A model generated the notes under the pieces. That model saw only the letters and a list, made by a program, of their open reading frames with translations, had not been told where the DNA came from and ran no database searches. This document shows, piece after piece, positions 9,125 through 19,305 of a stretch of DNA of 64,000 bases. Source of the stretch: Longimicrobiales bacterium (lineage in GTDB: Bacteria; Gemmatimonadota; Gemmatimonadetes; Longimicrobiales; Gaopeijiaceae); contig CBDDCX010000008.1 in the NCBI GenBank assembly GCA_965226375.1, positions 1,600,001 to 1,664,000 on the forward strand. The letters run 5' to 3'. Position 1 is the stretch's first letter. The number at the start of each line of letters is the position of its first letter. The position numbers and the translations under genes were made by a program.

Positions 9125-10741
9125 CTAGAATCGGGACGCCCGAATCCAAGTGTCGGCGTGAGCCCATTCGGTCTCGAAGGCCCGCAGGGCCTCGTCGGCC
9201 TCAGCCGTGCGATCCTGAGCACGGAGCGCCTGCTCGAGCCCGAACAGTGACCATCCGTTATGAGGATGATCGGCTAGGGCGGCACGGTAGACCGTCTCGG
9301 CTTCGGCAGGCCGCTCGGCCTTGAGCAGGATCGCTCCCAGCCAGTGCCGCGCGGAAAAATTGAGGGGCTCCGGCTCGTCATACTGGAGTCCGTCCTCGAT
9401 CTCCACCGCCGTCTCTAGCACACCGATGGCCGCTGCGACATCTCCCTCTTCCCGCAGGATCTCAGCCTCGAGGATCCCCCCGACCACACCCATCAGGTCG
9501 GCCGCCGAGTGACCTCGGAAGGCGGCCTCCTGCTCCTCGCGTGCAACCGTCTGAACGGCGTCCAGATATCCTCTGGCTATCGCTACCTGGCCCATGCGGA
9601 GATGGGCATAGCCGACGCCGAAGTCCCCGAATCCCCTGAAGATCGGGTTGTCCGCATCGTTCTCCATCTCGAGGATTTCTTCGAAGCGACCGAAGCGCAG
9701 CTTGGTCAGCACCTCGTAGTACATCGCTCCGCCCGTGGATTTGGCGTAGTCCCGCCCGGCCTGAATGGCTACCGCCCCCTGGCCGCCCATCGAGGCCGCG
9801 AACAGGAGCATGTGCAGGTTGTGGCCGGGGTAGATGGCGAACCCTTCGCCGTACGCGGCCGCCTGATCGGAGTGGAAGGCCTGGATGTTGGAGCGCACGG
9901 CCTCTGCCCAACGCCCCACCCGATTATAGGTGTGAGACGGCATGTGGTTGATGTGGCTGGCGCCCGGAATCGAGTTTCCCAGATGGTCCGCGCAGGCCTC
10001 GGCCTTGTCGGGCCTGGTAGTCGATTCGGTGGCATGAATGTAGAGATGGCACACACCGGGATGGGTGATGTCCTGGGCGAGCGCGTCCTCCAGAATGCCA
10101 TGGATACGCTGGATCTCGGCCCGGTCACCGTCCCAGTTCCCCCTCCTCGGCTCCAGAAGCATGAGGCCCTCCCCATAGAGGAACCCTGCCTCCAGGTCGT
10201 TGGGGTGGTCGCTGTAGACCGCGGCCATGGCCTCGGCATAGGTCGTATCCACCGCGATCCGGGGGGTGCGATCGGTCCGGCCGATGTACCGGATGGCCAT
10301 GGTCTCGATCAGGTCCCGCTCTACCGCGCTGGCGTGGTCGGGAGCGTGCTCGAGAGCCTTTTCCATGGCCGCCTGCGCCCTGGGAAGTGACCCAGGCCCG
10401 ATGGCGCCGTTCATGAAGGGACCCCAGGCCCACGCCTCGCCCCAGTAGCACATCGCACACTCGGGGTCGAGGAGCTGCGCCTCGCGAAACGAGCGCGCGG
10501 CGTCTTCAGGCGTAAAGGAGTACATCAGCTGGATACCCTGGTCGAAGAACGCCTGGGCTTCGGGAGAGTCGGTGGTAACCGTCCGGGAGAACGGCCCCAG
10601 GCCCTTGGCGAAGAGTGGCATGGGCTCCTTGAAGCTCTCGGGCATCTCCAGATCGGAGTTCTCCTGGCCCGCCGCACTCCCCATGATGGTGACGAGGAGG
10701 AGGGCGGCGAGGGCCGAGGGGGCGGGTGATCTCCAAACCAT
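9125..10741 (-). CDS. Exported TPR-repeat protein
   Basis: Signal peptide after ATG 10741. AQAFFDQG..., HLYIHA.E, HMPSH.Y.RVG.W and TPR-like helices at the C-terminus. Confidence 0.75.
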   Translation of the reverse strand: MVWRSPAPSALAALLLVTIMGSAAGQENSDLEMPESFKEPMPLFAKGLGPFSRTVTTDSPEAQAFFDQGIQLMYSFTPEDAARSFREAQLLDPECAMCYWGEAWAWGPFMNGAIGPGSLPRAQAAMEKALEHAPDHASAVERDLIETMAIRYIGRTDRTPRIAVDTTYAEAMAAVYSDHPNDLEAGFLYGEGLMLLEPRRGNWDGDRAEIQRIHGILEDALAQDITHPGVCHLYIHATESTTRPDKAEACADHLGNSIPGASHINHMPSHTYNRVGRWAEAVRSNIQAFHSDQAAAYGEGFAIYPGHNLHMLLFAASMGGQGAVAIQAGRDYAKSTGGAMYYEVLTKLRFGRFEEILEMENDADNPIFRGFGDFGVGYAHLRMGQVAIARGYLDAVQTVAREEQEAAFRGHSAADLMGVVGGILEAEILREEGDVAAAIGVLETAVEIEDGLQYDEPEPLNFSARHWLGAILLKAERPAEAETVYRAALADHPHNGWSLFGLEQALRAQDRTAEADEALRAFETEWAHADTWIRASRF

Positions 10742-11104
10742 GGTGGTATCTCCTGAAAGGCGGTAGCGGGATAAGGGAGGTGGCTGTAAGACGGTGAATC
10801 CGTTGAGGATCAACTAACTGTATAGTAGGTATCGTTATCAAGGAAGCACCAAGATGACCCCGCCCCGCTGGCCCTGCAACGGGCAAACCGTCCCCAGAGA
10901 GGACGATCACGCAAGCTGCCGTGGCGGCGTCATCACCCTAACTTGGAGGGAGACAAGACGTTATAACTACCCCCTCGACTTGGCACGGGGGTTGCCGTCT
11001 GCCCCCCGAGGGAGCACCGCCCGCTGGTCTGCGCTCCCGGTACGGCAGAATCGGGGGCGTTCCTTCGTTCTCGTTTCAGGACTCAACTCTCAGGAGCAAA
11101 AGCA

Positions 11105-11545
11105 ATGCACCAGATGGGACGGGTGGCAGCAGCGCTGGGCCTGGTGATCGCAACGACAGGTTGTCACCAGCACACGTATACGGTCGGGCAGGGTGCACCG
11201 ACCGGTCCGGTGGTCTACGAGGAGTGGCAAAACCATTGGCTGGCTGGGCTCATCGGCGACAAGACGCTCGACGTGCCCCGGATCTGCCCCTCGGGCAACG
11301 CCACGATTCATGACGAGCAATCGTTTCTGAACGGCCTTGTGGCCACTTTGACATGGGGTATCTACTCGCCTACAACGGTCAAGATACGGTGCGACAGCGG
11401 CGATTCGGCCGCAGTAGCGCTCTCCGAGAGCCAGGTCATCGCCATCCTCACATCGCCGGCTTTCTTGGAGCGGGTCGAGACTGTGATGCCGGGACGGCTG
11501 GCCGAGGCGCAACTCGGAGTCCAAGCCCTGGAGCAGGACTTCTAG
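11105..11545 (+). CDS. Bor/Iss-family lipoprotein
   Basis: Lipobox TTGC, SFLNGLVA.LTWGIYSP..V...C pattern, AGGAG RBS. Confidence 0.75.
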   Translation: MHQMGRVAAALGLVIATTGCHQHTYTVGQGAPTGPVVYEEWQNHWLAGLIGDKTLDVPRICPSGNATIHDEQSFLNGLVATLTWGIYSPTTVKIRCDSGDSAAVALSESQVIAILTSPAFLERVETVMPGRLAEAQLGVQALEQDF

Positions 11546-11559
11546 GGAGCCGTCGAGGG

Positions 11560-14500
11560 TCAACCCGAGTGCCCGCGCTCCAGGAGATCGTTCTCGGTAA
11601 CATAGGCCGCCAGCTCACCTCTGGAGCCGAGCTCCAGCTTCCGATAGATGTTGGAGAGGTGTGTGCTGACGGTGCGCCGGGCGATATCCAGCTCCTTGGC
11701 CACGGCCTTGTCGGATCTGCCCATCCCCACGAGACGGGCGATCTCGAGCTCACGCTGGGTAAGGCCGCCCGCCCCCTCACCGGCCGATCGGCTGGGGGGG
11801 CGGACGTCCAACTCACGGAACATGTCCCTGGTTTTCTGTAGTTCACCCTCGGCCTTCATCTTCAAGAAGGCGCCGTGCACGTACCTGAGCTCACGTAGGG
11901 CGCCGTCCCGGTCCCCAAGATCGGCCAGCCGTCCGGCGAGTTGTCTGCGTACGCGAGCGGCGTCGAACACCATGGGGAGCGCCTCGAGCTCCTCCGCAGC
12001 TTCACGCAGGGGGCCTGTGGACGCCTGAATGTCTCCGCCGTGCCACACACTGATCCCCTTGAAGGCTTTGCCCCACGCCATGGCCAAACGGTTACCCAGA
12101 AGCTTGCCGTAGTCGTTCAGACGTTGTTCGATGTGTACCGCCCCTGGGGCGTCGTGGAGCTCGAGGTACGCTTCGGCGATCAGGGGAAGCAGGCGATGTA
12201 CCGCCCAGACGATGAAGCCGGAGTTCTCGGCGATGGCCAGGCCCTGCTCACCTACCCGGATCGCTTCCTCGTACTGACCCTCGGCCACCAGACACGCCAC
12301 TTTGCCAATGTGCGCCGGGACCACCAGGTGCACCCGGAGCGTTTCCCCACGCGCCGCGCCCGACAGCTCCCAGGCCTCGTCGACACACTCCTTGCCGCGC
12401 TCGATCTCGCCCCGGCCGAAATAGATCAACGACAGGACGACCAGCAGCCGGGGCAGCAAGGCGTCCTGCCCGAGCACGCGGGCCTTCGCAACGGCTCGCT
12501 CTCCGAGCGCGATCCCCGTGTCCCACCGACCCGAAGCCGCCGCATGCTCGATAAAGATCTCGGCCGTCCAAAGCTCGAGCACAGGTGACCGGAGTTCCTC
12601 CGCCAGCTCCTGGCAGCGGTGGATGTGCGCGTCCATCGTCTCCGCGTCGCCGAGGAGCCCTTCCTGGACCGCGAGCTGCCAGTACACCCAATAGGTGACG
12701 TGAGCGTCGCCGGCGGCCTGGGACAGCGGAATGGCTTCGCTTCCATGCTCGCGGACCCTCTCGGGCTCGCCCAGCCAGGTATGGAGGATCATCAATCCCC
12801 GGTGCACTCGAGCGAGCAGGCCCGGGTCCGACACCGACCCGGCCAACTCCAGCGCGGCTTCCATCTCCGTCTGGGCTTCCTCGGCCCGTCCTTCGGATTG
12901 CAGCGCATTTCCCGTATGGAGCCGTAAATGAGCTTCGACCACCGGATCCGACGCCGCCTCTGCCCGCTCCAGACCGAGCTCGTAGGCGGCCAGCGCATCG
13001 TCATAGCGACCCCTGAAGTAGGCACCCTGCCCGATGCGCCCATAGAGACGTGCGGCCCGAGCGTCCTCGCCACCCTCGAGCGCCAGGGCCAGCGCCGCCT
13101 GCCAATGCTCGGCCGCGGCGCCATAGTCCCCCGAGCGTTGGAGGGCCCGAGCCATATCCTCCTGCAGGGACAACAGGTCCAACTCCGCCCCGCCGTCATC
13201 GTCGGCCTGACCAGCACCGGCAACTCGGGAAAGGGCGTCCCTGAGAAAGGCAACGGCCTCACGGTCGGCTCGCCGGGACAACGCCTCTCGACCCGCCGCT
13301 GCGAGGTACTGGAGAACGCGAAGGTCGTTGGAGCCGGCCCGAGAGAAGTGGTAGGCCAGCTGGTGAGTTCGGTCATCCAGAGCGCCGCCCACCTCCCCCT
13401 CGAGCGCCTCACCGATCGCCCGATGAAGACCGCGGGCTCGGGCAAGGCCGATATTGTCGTAGATGACTTCTCCCACGAGCGAATGGGCGAAACGGTAGAC
13501 GATGGCCGCCCCTTCGGCCGACTCCTCCACGAGTTGCTTGGCACGGAGCTCGTCGATGCCACCCAGAAACGTGTCCTCAGCCAGTCCGGTGACCTCACGG
13601 AGCAACTCATAGGTCGCACTGGTTCCCGCCACGGCCACCACATGAGCAATCTGAGTCGCGGGGGGCGACAACTTGCCGACCCGGGCCGTAACGGCCTCGG
13701 TCACCGAGTCGGGTAACTGCAGGTCCTCAGCCTCCCAACCCAACCAGGTGCCGTCGCGCAGGTACAGACTCCCCGCGTCGACCATGGCCTTGAGGATCTC
13801 ACTGACAAAGTGAGGATTCCCGCCAGCGCGCGCGTGGACGCGCTCCGACAGGCCCTCGGAAACGCCGGGCTCCACATCGAACACACGCCGGACCAACTCA
13901 CCCGTGATCTCCGTCGAGAACGGCCGGACGTCCAGAGATGAAGCGTTCTGAACGGACAGGAGGGCACTCTCCATGGCCTCGAAGTCCGCGTTCTCGACCT
14001 TCTGCTCGACATTGTACGCGCACAGGAGCAGAACAGAGGATTCGGCGAGATGTCGGGTGATGAAGTGAAGCAGATCGAGACCGGAGGGGTCGCTCCAGTG
14101 GACGTCGTCTAGAACGACGAGGACCGGCTGCTTATCGCCCAGGCGGCGCAGGAACTCGGTGAAGTTCCAATGGATCCGCGTCTGCAACTCACCGGGCTCG
14201 CCGGTGTCCGAGACGGAACCCTCGCCGGTCCCGATTCCGGGGGCGGGCACGACGCGTGCGAGCTCCTCTTCCCCGCCGCGCGTAAGCACCGAGAGGGTAG
14301 AGGCGTCCATCTCTCGGAGCACCGGCAGAAAAGCATTCGACCAGAGACCGTAGGGGGCGCCCGTCTCCACCCTATAGGCCTGCCCCCGCACGATCCGAAA
14401 GCCGAGCCGGTTCGCCTCTTCGGCCGCGGCGACCGCTAGGCGGGATTTGCCTATGCCCGTGGTGCCCCTCAGAAAGACGGCCCCGCCGGCGCCAGACGCT

Positions 14501-14580
14501 GCGTTGGCGAGGGCAGATCCGAGAAGAGCCAGCTCCTCGGACCGTCCGATAAGGGGGAGGGCAGGAAGGATATTAGCCAT
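11560..14580 (-). CDS. AAA-ATPase/TPR/LuxR-HTH (MalT/LAL-like) transcriptional regulator
   Basis: LIGRSEEL, Walker A GTTGIGKS, Walker B VLDDVHW, GGNP, TPR region, C-terminal LTQRELEI..TVSTHLSNIYRKL. Confidence 0.9.
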   Translation of the reverse strand: MANILPALPLIGRSEELALLGSALANAASGAGGAVFLRGTTGIGKSRLAVAAAEEANRLGFRIVRGQAYRVETGAPYGLWSNAFLPVLREMDASTLSVLTRGGEEELARVVPAPGIGTGEGSVSDTGEPGELQTRIHWNFTEFLRRLGDKQPVLVVLDDVHWSDPSGLDLLHFITRHLAESSVLLLCAYNVEQKVENADFEAMESALLSVQNASSLDVRPFSTEITGELVRRVFDVEPGVSEGLSERVHARAGGNPHFVSEILKAMVDAGSLYLRDGTWLGWEAEDLQLPDSVTEAVTARVGKLSPPATQIAHVVAVAGTSATYELLREVTGLAEDTFLGGIDELRAKQLVEESAEGAAIVYRFAHSLVGEVIYDNIGLARARGLHRAIGEALEGEVGGALDDRTHQLAYHFSRAGSNDLRVLQYLAAAGREALSRRADREAVAFLRDALSRVAGAGQADDDGGAELDLLSLQEDMARALQRSGDYGAAAEHWQAALALALEGGEDARAARLYGRIGQGAYFRGRYDDALAAYELGLERAEAASDPVVEAHLRLHTGNALQSEGRAEEAQTEMEAALELAGSVSDPGLLARVHRGLMILHTWLGEPERVREHGSEAIPLSQAAGDAHVTYWVYWQLAVQEGLLGDAETMDAHIHRCQELAEELRSPVLELWTAEIFIEHAAASGRWDTGIALGERAVAKARVLGQDALLPRLLVVLSLIYFGRGEIERGKECVDEAWELSGAARGETLRVHLVVPAHIGKVACLVAEGQYEEAIRVGEQGLAIAENSGFIVWAVHRLLPLIAEAYLELHDAPGAVHIEQRLNDYGKLLGNRLAMAWGKAFKGISVWHGGDIQASTGPLREAAEELEALPMVFDAARVRRQLAGRLADLGDRDGALRELRYVHGAFLKMKAEGELQKTRDMFRELDVRPPSRSAGEGAGGLTQRELEIARLVGMGRSDKAVAKELDIARRTVSTHLSNIYRKLELGSRGELAAYVTENDLLERGHSG

Positions 14581-14865
14581 AAGAGATCCTACCCGAGACG
14601 AAGTCATGCATACTCCCGCATCCCACGCACGAGCACAAGCCCCGGATGCTAATAGCGACCGAGCGAACAGCCCGCCAGTCGGGCAACCCGATCGCGCGCA
14701 TAAGCGACTAATTCAGGAGCGCTGGACAAGCCAACGAGCGTTTCTTAGACTTCGCGCGGCTCGGCACGAACAGCGTCAGGCCACGGCCGCGTATGCGTGC
14801 TTAGGCGCCGACGCGGCTTCTCGTTGCTCATATGATGAACTCCATTGCCAGGAGAGACGGCTGGG

Positions 14866-15945
14866 ATGATAGCTGTTGAGGGAGTAACCAAGCGTTTTGG
14901 TGATCTCATTGCGGTTCGTGACCTCGACTTCGAGGTCGACCGGGGCGAGGTAGTGGGCTTTCTGGGGCCGAACGGGGCGGGAAAGACCACCACCATGAGA
15001 ATGCTCACGGGCACGCTGGAACCCGACGAGGGCCGGGTGCTGTTCGACGGCGTCCCCATCGGGAATGACCTTACGGGCGCCAAGGAGCGCGTCGGATATC
15101 TGCCCGAGGCGAACCCGCTGTACGACGAGATGCTCGTAGCGGAGTACCTCGAGTATGCGGCTCGGCTGAGGATGCTCGAGGGGGCCCCGGCTCGCTCTGC
15201 CATCTCCGACGCGGTCGACGAGACGGGCAGCACTGAGGTGTTCTTCCGTCCGATCTCGGAGCTCTCCAAGGGATACCGCCAGCGTGTAGGACTGGCCGCG
15301 GCCATCCTACACCATCCCGAGATCCTCGTCCTCGACGAGCCCACCGAGGGCCTCGATCCCAACCAGCGTGTGGACATTCGCAATCTCGTCAGCGCGCTGG
15401 GGCGTGAGCGTACCGTGCTCCTGAGCACCCACGTCATGCAGGAAGTGGAAGCGACCTGTACCCGCCTCATCATCATCAGTCGCGGACAGCTGGTGGCGAA
15501 CGGGGCGGTCAACGATCTGATCGCCGCCGGCCGAGGCCTGTCCACCTATGTGGTGGAGGCAGCCGGCCAAGGCGTGACCGACTCCTTGAGTCGGCTTCCC
15601 GGGGTCGATTCGCACACCTCTGAAGACCTGGAGGATCGCACGCGCGTGCGCCTCTCCGTGGCGGGCGAAGGAGAGCTTCGACCCGAGATTTTTCGCATGG
15701 CCACAGAAAAACAGTGGGTCCTTTGGGAGCTGCACCGGGAGAGGGCCACGCTGGAGCAGATCTTCCGCGAGCTGACGGCCGACTCGGGCACGACCGGCCT
15801 GGATCATGACGCGGAGACCGAGGGAGGCACCGCAGAGACTGCGGACAGTTCCACTGAGGGTTCACCCGCAGACGGGGAGGCCGGGCCAGCCGAAACGGGG
15901 GATCCCAGCCCCGCGGCTGCAGACGACAGCGAGGTGTCGTCATGA
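14866..15945 (+). CDS. ABC transporter ATP-binding protein (GldA-like)
   Basis: GPNGAGKT, LSKGYRQR, LVLDEPT, STH. Confidence 0.93.
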   Translation: MIAVEGVTKRFGDLIAVRDLDFEVDRGEVVGFLGPNGAGKTTTMRMLTGTLEPDEGRVLFDGVPIGNDLTGAKERVGYLPEANPLYDEMLVAEYLEYAARLRMLEGAPARSAISDAVDETGSTEVFFRPISELSKGYRQRVGLAAAILHHPEILVLDEPTEGLDPNQRVDIRNLVSALGRERTVLLSTHVMQEVEATCTRLIIISRGQLVANGAVNDLIAAGRGLSTYVVEAAGQGVTDSLSRLPGVDSHTSEDLEDRTRVRLSVAGEGELRPEIFRMATEKQWVLWELHRERATLEQIFRELTADSGTTGLDHDAETEGGTAETADSSTEGSPADGEAGPAETGDPSPAAADDSEVSS

Positions 15946-18179
15946 AGCGCACCTGGAACGTGGCACGACGAGAGGTCGGCACCTTTTTCGACCACCCCAC
16001 CGCGTACATCCTGGTCGTGGCGTTCCTGGGCCTGGGGCTCTTCCTGACCTTTCGCACGCTCTATGCGGCAGGGATCGCCACCATGCGCCCGTTCTTCGAC
16101 ATGCTGCCCTGGCTCTTTGCCGTCTTCATTCCCGCCATGACCATGCGCTCTCTGGCCGAGGAACGGAGGAGCGGCACCCTGGAATGGCTCCTGGCCCATC
16201 CCCTCGGCGAGGCCGAGGTGATCGCGGGCAAGTTCTTGGGCAATTGGATCTTCGCACTCATCGCCTTGGCGGGAAGCCTTCCTACGGCGATAGGACTTCT
16301 CATGGTATCCGAGGCCGACGCCGGCATCATGGCTGCCCAGTACATCGGAGCCGGACTGCTCGCGGGACAAGGGGTGGCGGTGGGTCTTTGGGCCTCGAGC
16401 CTTACCCGGAACCAGATCACGGCGTTCATGATCGCGGCGTCGCTGTCGTTCTTCCTGGTGCTGATCGGTACTCCCGTCGTGCTCATCGGACTTCCACCCA
16501 CGTTGGGAGCCGCCGTCTCGCGCCTGTCCGTGGTCGGGCACTTCAGCAACGTGGCCCGAGGTGTGGTGGACCTGCGTGACGTCATCTACTTCCTGTCAAC
16601 CACAGCTCTTTTCCTGTTCTTGGCCATAGGGCATATGAGCCGAGATCGCCTTTCACTCGGGCGCGGTGCGTACCGCCGTCTCCGGACGGGTACCGCGGCT
16701 CTGGTAGCGGCGGTCGTGGTGCTGAACCTCCTTGGCGGCAACATCCGGGGGCGTTTGGACCTGACCAGTGCCGGCCTCTACACGCTCGCCGACGGAACGC
16801 GGGAGATCCTGGCGGATCTGGACGACATCGTCACGCTCAAGTTGGTCATTTCGGATGAACTCCCGACCGAACTGATTCCTGCCCTCCGCGACGTACGAGA
16901 CCTGGTCTCCGACCTGCGCAGGGCCGCGGGGGGACAGCTCGTCGTGGAGAACATCAACCCGGACGACGACGAGGATCTGGCGGCGGAAGCGCGTGCGTTA
17001 GGCATCACACAGAACGAGTTCAACGTCCTCAGGGATGACGAGTTCGAGATACGCCGTGGATGGTTCGGACTCGCCCTTCTCTACGCCGATCAACGCGAAG
17101 TCATTCCGTACATCAACCGGACCGACGACCTGGAATTCCGCATTGTTTCGAGCGTCTCCACGATGACTACCGTTGTGAAACCCAAGGTGACGTTCCTTAC
17201 GGGGTTCGGGGCGGAAGGCGCCAACGTCTTCCCGTCTTTTCAGCGGAGCCTGGCCGAACGATACGAGATCGGCACCGCCGACCTGTCCGGCGACTCACTG
17301 CCCCAGCTCGACTCGGACACGACTGACATCGTGGTCCTGGCCGGCCCGGACCAACAGATGCCCGCCGAGGTGGTGCAACGTGTGCGCTCGTACGTCGAAG
17401 AGGGTGGGGCCGCGCTTTTGCTCATGGACATGAATCAGGTCTCGCAGGAGTCGCCGGTCACCGTCTCGGTCCGGACGGGGCTCGAGGGCTTTCTGGAAGA
17501 CAACGGGATCCGCCTAGACGCCGGGATGGCCCTGGACTACAGCTCGAACTCCAACATCTCCATGGGTAGGCAGGGAATCTTCAATGTGGTGCGCCCCTAC
17601 CCCCTGTGGCCCATCGCGCTGAGGGGAGATGACCACACGACCACCCGGGACTTGAGTAACCTGAGCATGGGCTGGGCCACAGCCATCACGGTCACGGACA
17701 GCTCAGCCGTGCAGAGGCTCTGGGTGACCAGCGAGGCCGGCGATATCCAGCCTCCCGGCGGGCTGATCATGCCCGATGCACTCGTCGAGCCCGATCCCGA
17801 CAATCTCCAGTCTGTGACACTCGCCGTTGCACTGGGAGCCGGTGCCGAAGGGGAGCAGGGCGAGTCGGCCACGACGGCCGGCCGCATGATCGTGGTCGGG
17901 GACGTGGACTTCTTGCAGGAGCAGTTCGTCCGATCCAACCCACAGAACCTGATCTTTGCCGCCAACGCCATAGACTGGCTCGCTCAAGACGAGGCGCTCA
18001 TCGACATCCGCTCCAAGACCAGAACGCCTCCGGCCATGGCGTTCACGTCGGACTTCCAGAAGATGGCCCTGAAGTGGGGGAATCTGGTCGGTGTGCCACT
18101 GTTGTTCGTGTTGGGGGGCACGGCGCGGGTCACGGGTCGGCGACGCAGGGCAGAGTCACGCTGGGAGGAGATGACCTGA
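15942..18179 (+). CDS. ABC-2 permease fused to GldG-like auxiliary domain (GldF-GldG-like)
   Basis: EERRSGTLEWLL permease motif, RLDLT...YTL..T and IVVGDVDF...N..F..N..DWL GldG motifs. ATGA overlap with the ATPase gene. Confidence 0.88.
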   Translation: MKRTWNVARREVGTFFDHPTAYILVVAFLGLGLFLTFRTLYAAGIATMRPFFDMLPWLFAVFIPAMTMRSLAEERRSGTLEWLLAHPLGEAEVIAGKFLGNWIFALIALAGSLPTAIGLLMVSEADAGIMAAQYIGAGLLAGQGVAVGLWASSLTRNQITAFMIAASLSFFLVLIGTPVVLIGLPPTLGAAVSRLSVVGHFSNVARGVVDLRDVIYFLSTTALFLFLAIGHMSRDRLSLGRGAYRRLRTGTAALVAAVVVLNLLGGNIRGRLDLTSAGLYTLADGTREILADLDDIVTLKLVISDELPTELIPALRDVRDLVSDLRRAAGGQLVVENINPDDDEDLAAEARALGITQNEFNVLRDDEFEIRRGWFGLALLYADQREVIPYINRTDDLEFRIVSSVSTMTTVVKPKVTFLTGFGAEGANVFPSFQRSLAERYEIGTADLSGDSLPQLDSDTTDIVVLAGPDQQMPAEVVQRVRSYVEEGGAALLLMDMNQVSQESPVTVSVRTGLEGFLEDNGIRLDAGMALDYSSNSNISMGRQGIFNVVRPYPLWPIALRGDDHTTTRDLSNLSMGWATAITVTDSSAVQRLWVTSEAGDIQPPGGLIMPDALVEPDPDNLQSVTLAVALGAGAEGEQGESATTAGRMIVVGDVDFLQEQFVRSNPQNLIFAANAIDWLAQDEALIDIRSKTRTPPAMAFTSDFQKMALKWGNLVGVPLLFVLGGTARVTGRRRRAESRWEEMT

Positions 18180-19102
18180 TGAGTGAACAAACTCTGAAGA
18201 AGATCCTGATCGCCCTCGCGGTACTCATCGGGCTCTGGGGCGTCTCTTCTCTCTTGTCCGGCCGGGGCGGCGGCGGGCCGTCCGTGACGAACGGTGGTGT
18301 GGCGGCGGCACTCGAGGGGTTGGACGGCACCAACGTGGAATCCGTCCACATCGAGGGACCCCTTGCCACATTGACGTTGGAGCGTGGCGGTGGCGGCTGG
18401 ACCGTCAACGGCTACGCGGCCGACTCGGCCGCGGTGGTCCGACTTTGGGACGCTTTGGCCGGCTCGGAAGTGGGTAGGGTGGTCGCGACCAATCCGGCCA
18501 ATCACGCACGCATGGGGGTGTCCGCGGACAGCGCCTGGTCGGTCGAGTTGACGCGATCGGGAGGCGCAGTTTCGAGCGTACTGATCGGCAAGAGTGGGCC
18601 CACGTACCCAAGCACGTATGCGCGTCTTCCGGGCCAGGACGACGTTGTGGTGGTCTCTGGCGACCTCAGGTCGGCGGTGGCCCGTGGTGTGGTGGCCTTG
18701 CGAGACAAGACCATCTTGCGCACGGACACGGCTTCTGTGGCCCGCGTGGTCATCGACACAGAGAGTGGCCCGTTCAGTCTGGAGCGGCCCGACAGCGTGT
18801 GGGTGCTGGACGGTGAAGTCGCCGCCGCCATCGCCGTGGGCAACCTCATGCGCGAACTCAACCGTCTGGTGGCGACCGGGTTCGTCGAGGATGGCCTGGC
18901 TGCCGAGGAGGATCCGAGGCGTGTAACCGCCCTTGACGCCTCCGGAGACACGTTGACGACGGTACTGATATCCGGAACGGAGAGCACCCGGCACGCCCGG
19001 GTGCCGGGTAGCGATGTGGTGTTCGAGATTCCTAGCTGGAGGGTCGATCGCATCGCCCCGAGCATGGAAACGCTAGTACCGACGGAGGACGGGGGCGGCT
19101 GA
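18179..19102 (+). CDS. DUF4340-like protein of Gld-type ABC operon
   Basis: N-terminal TM, W.VNG..AD and LIGK.....YAR pattern. Coupled to the upstream stop (TGATG). Confidence 0.72.
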   Translation: MSEQTLKKILIALAVLIGLWGVSSLLSGRGGGGPSVTNGGVAAALEGLDGTNVESVHIEGPLATLTLERGGGGWTVNGYAADSAAVVRLWDALAGSEVGRVVATNPANHARMGVSADSAWSVELTRSGGAVSSVLIGKSGPTYPSTYARLPGQDDVVVVSGDLRSAVARGVVALRDKTILRTDTASVARVVIDTESGPFSLERPDSVWVLDGEVAAAIAVGNLMRELNRLVATGFVEDGLAAEEDPRRVTALDASGDTLTTVLISGTESTRHARVPGSDVVFEIPSWRVDRIAPSMETLVPTEDGGG

Positions 19103-19305
19103 TCCCGGGCGCGCCCGTCGCACCTGGGTCAGGATCACGGCTGACTCGCGGGATCCGCTTGGGCGGATCCGTGTATTGCGTGAGTGTTCCGAGCGTATCA
19201 TCCCTTAACGGAGCCGTGTGCTCGGGGGTCTCTAGGTTACAGGGACAAACACTCCGGGTCGGCCACCGTCCATGCTCGGGAACCCGTCACCTCAGGAGAA
19301 CATCC

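Noticed and set aside
14866..19102. Gliding motility system
   Set aside because: GldA/F/G-like ABC modules with DUF4340 are widespread in non-gliding bacteria, and no motor genes are present here.
19151..19170. GGATCCGC-TTGG-GCGGATCC hairpin as a REP element or terminator
   Set aside because: Single copy noticed and no U-tract, so support is insufficient.
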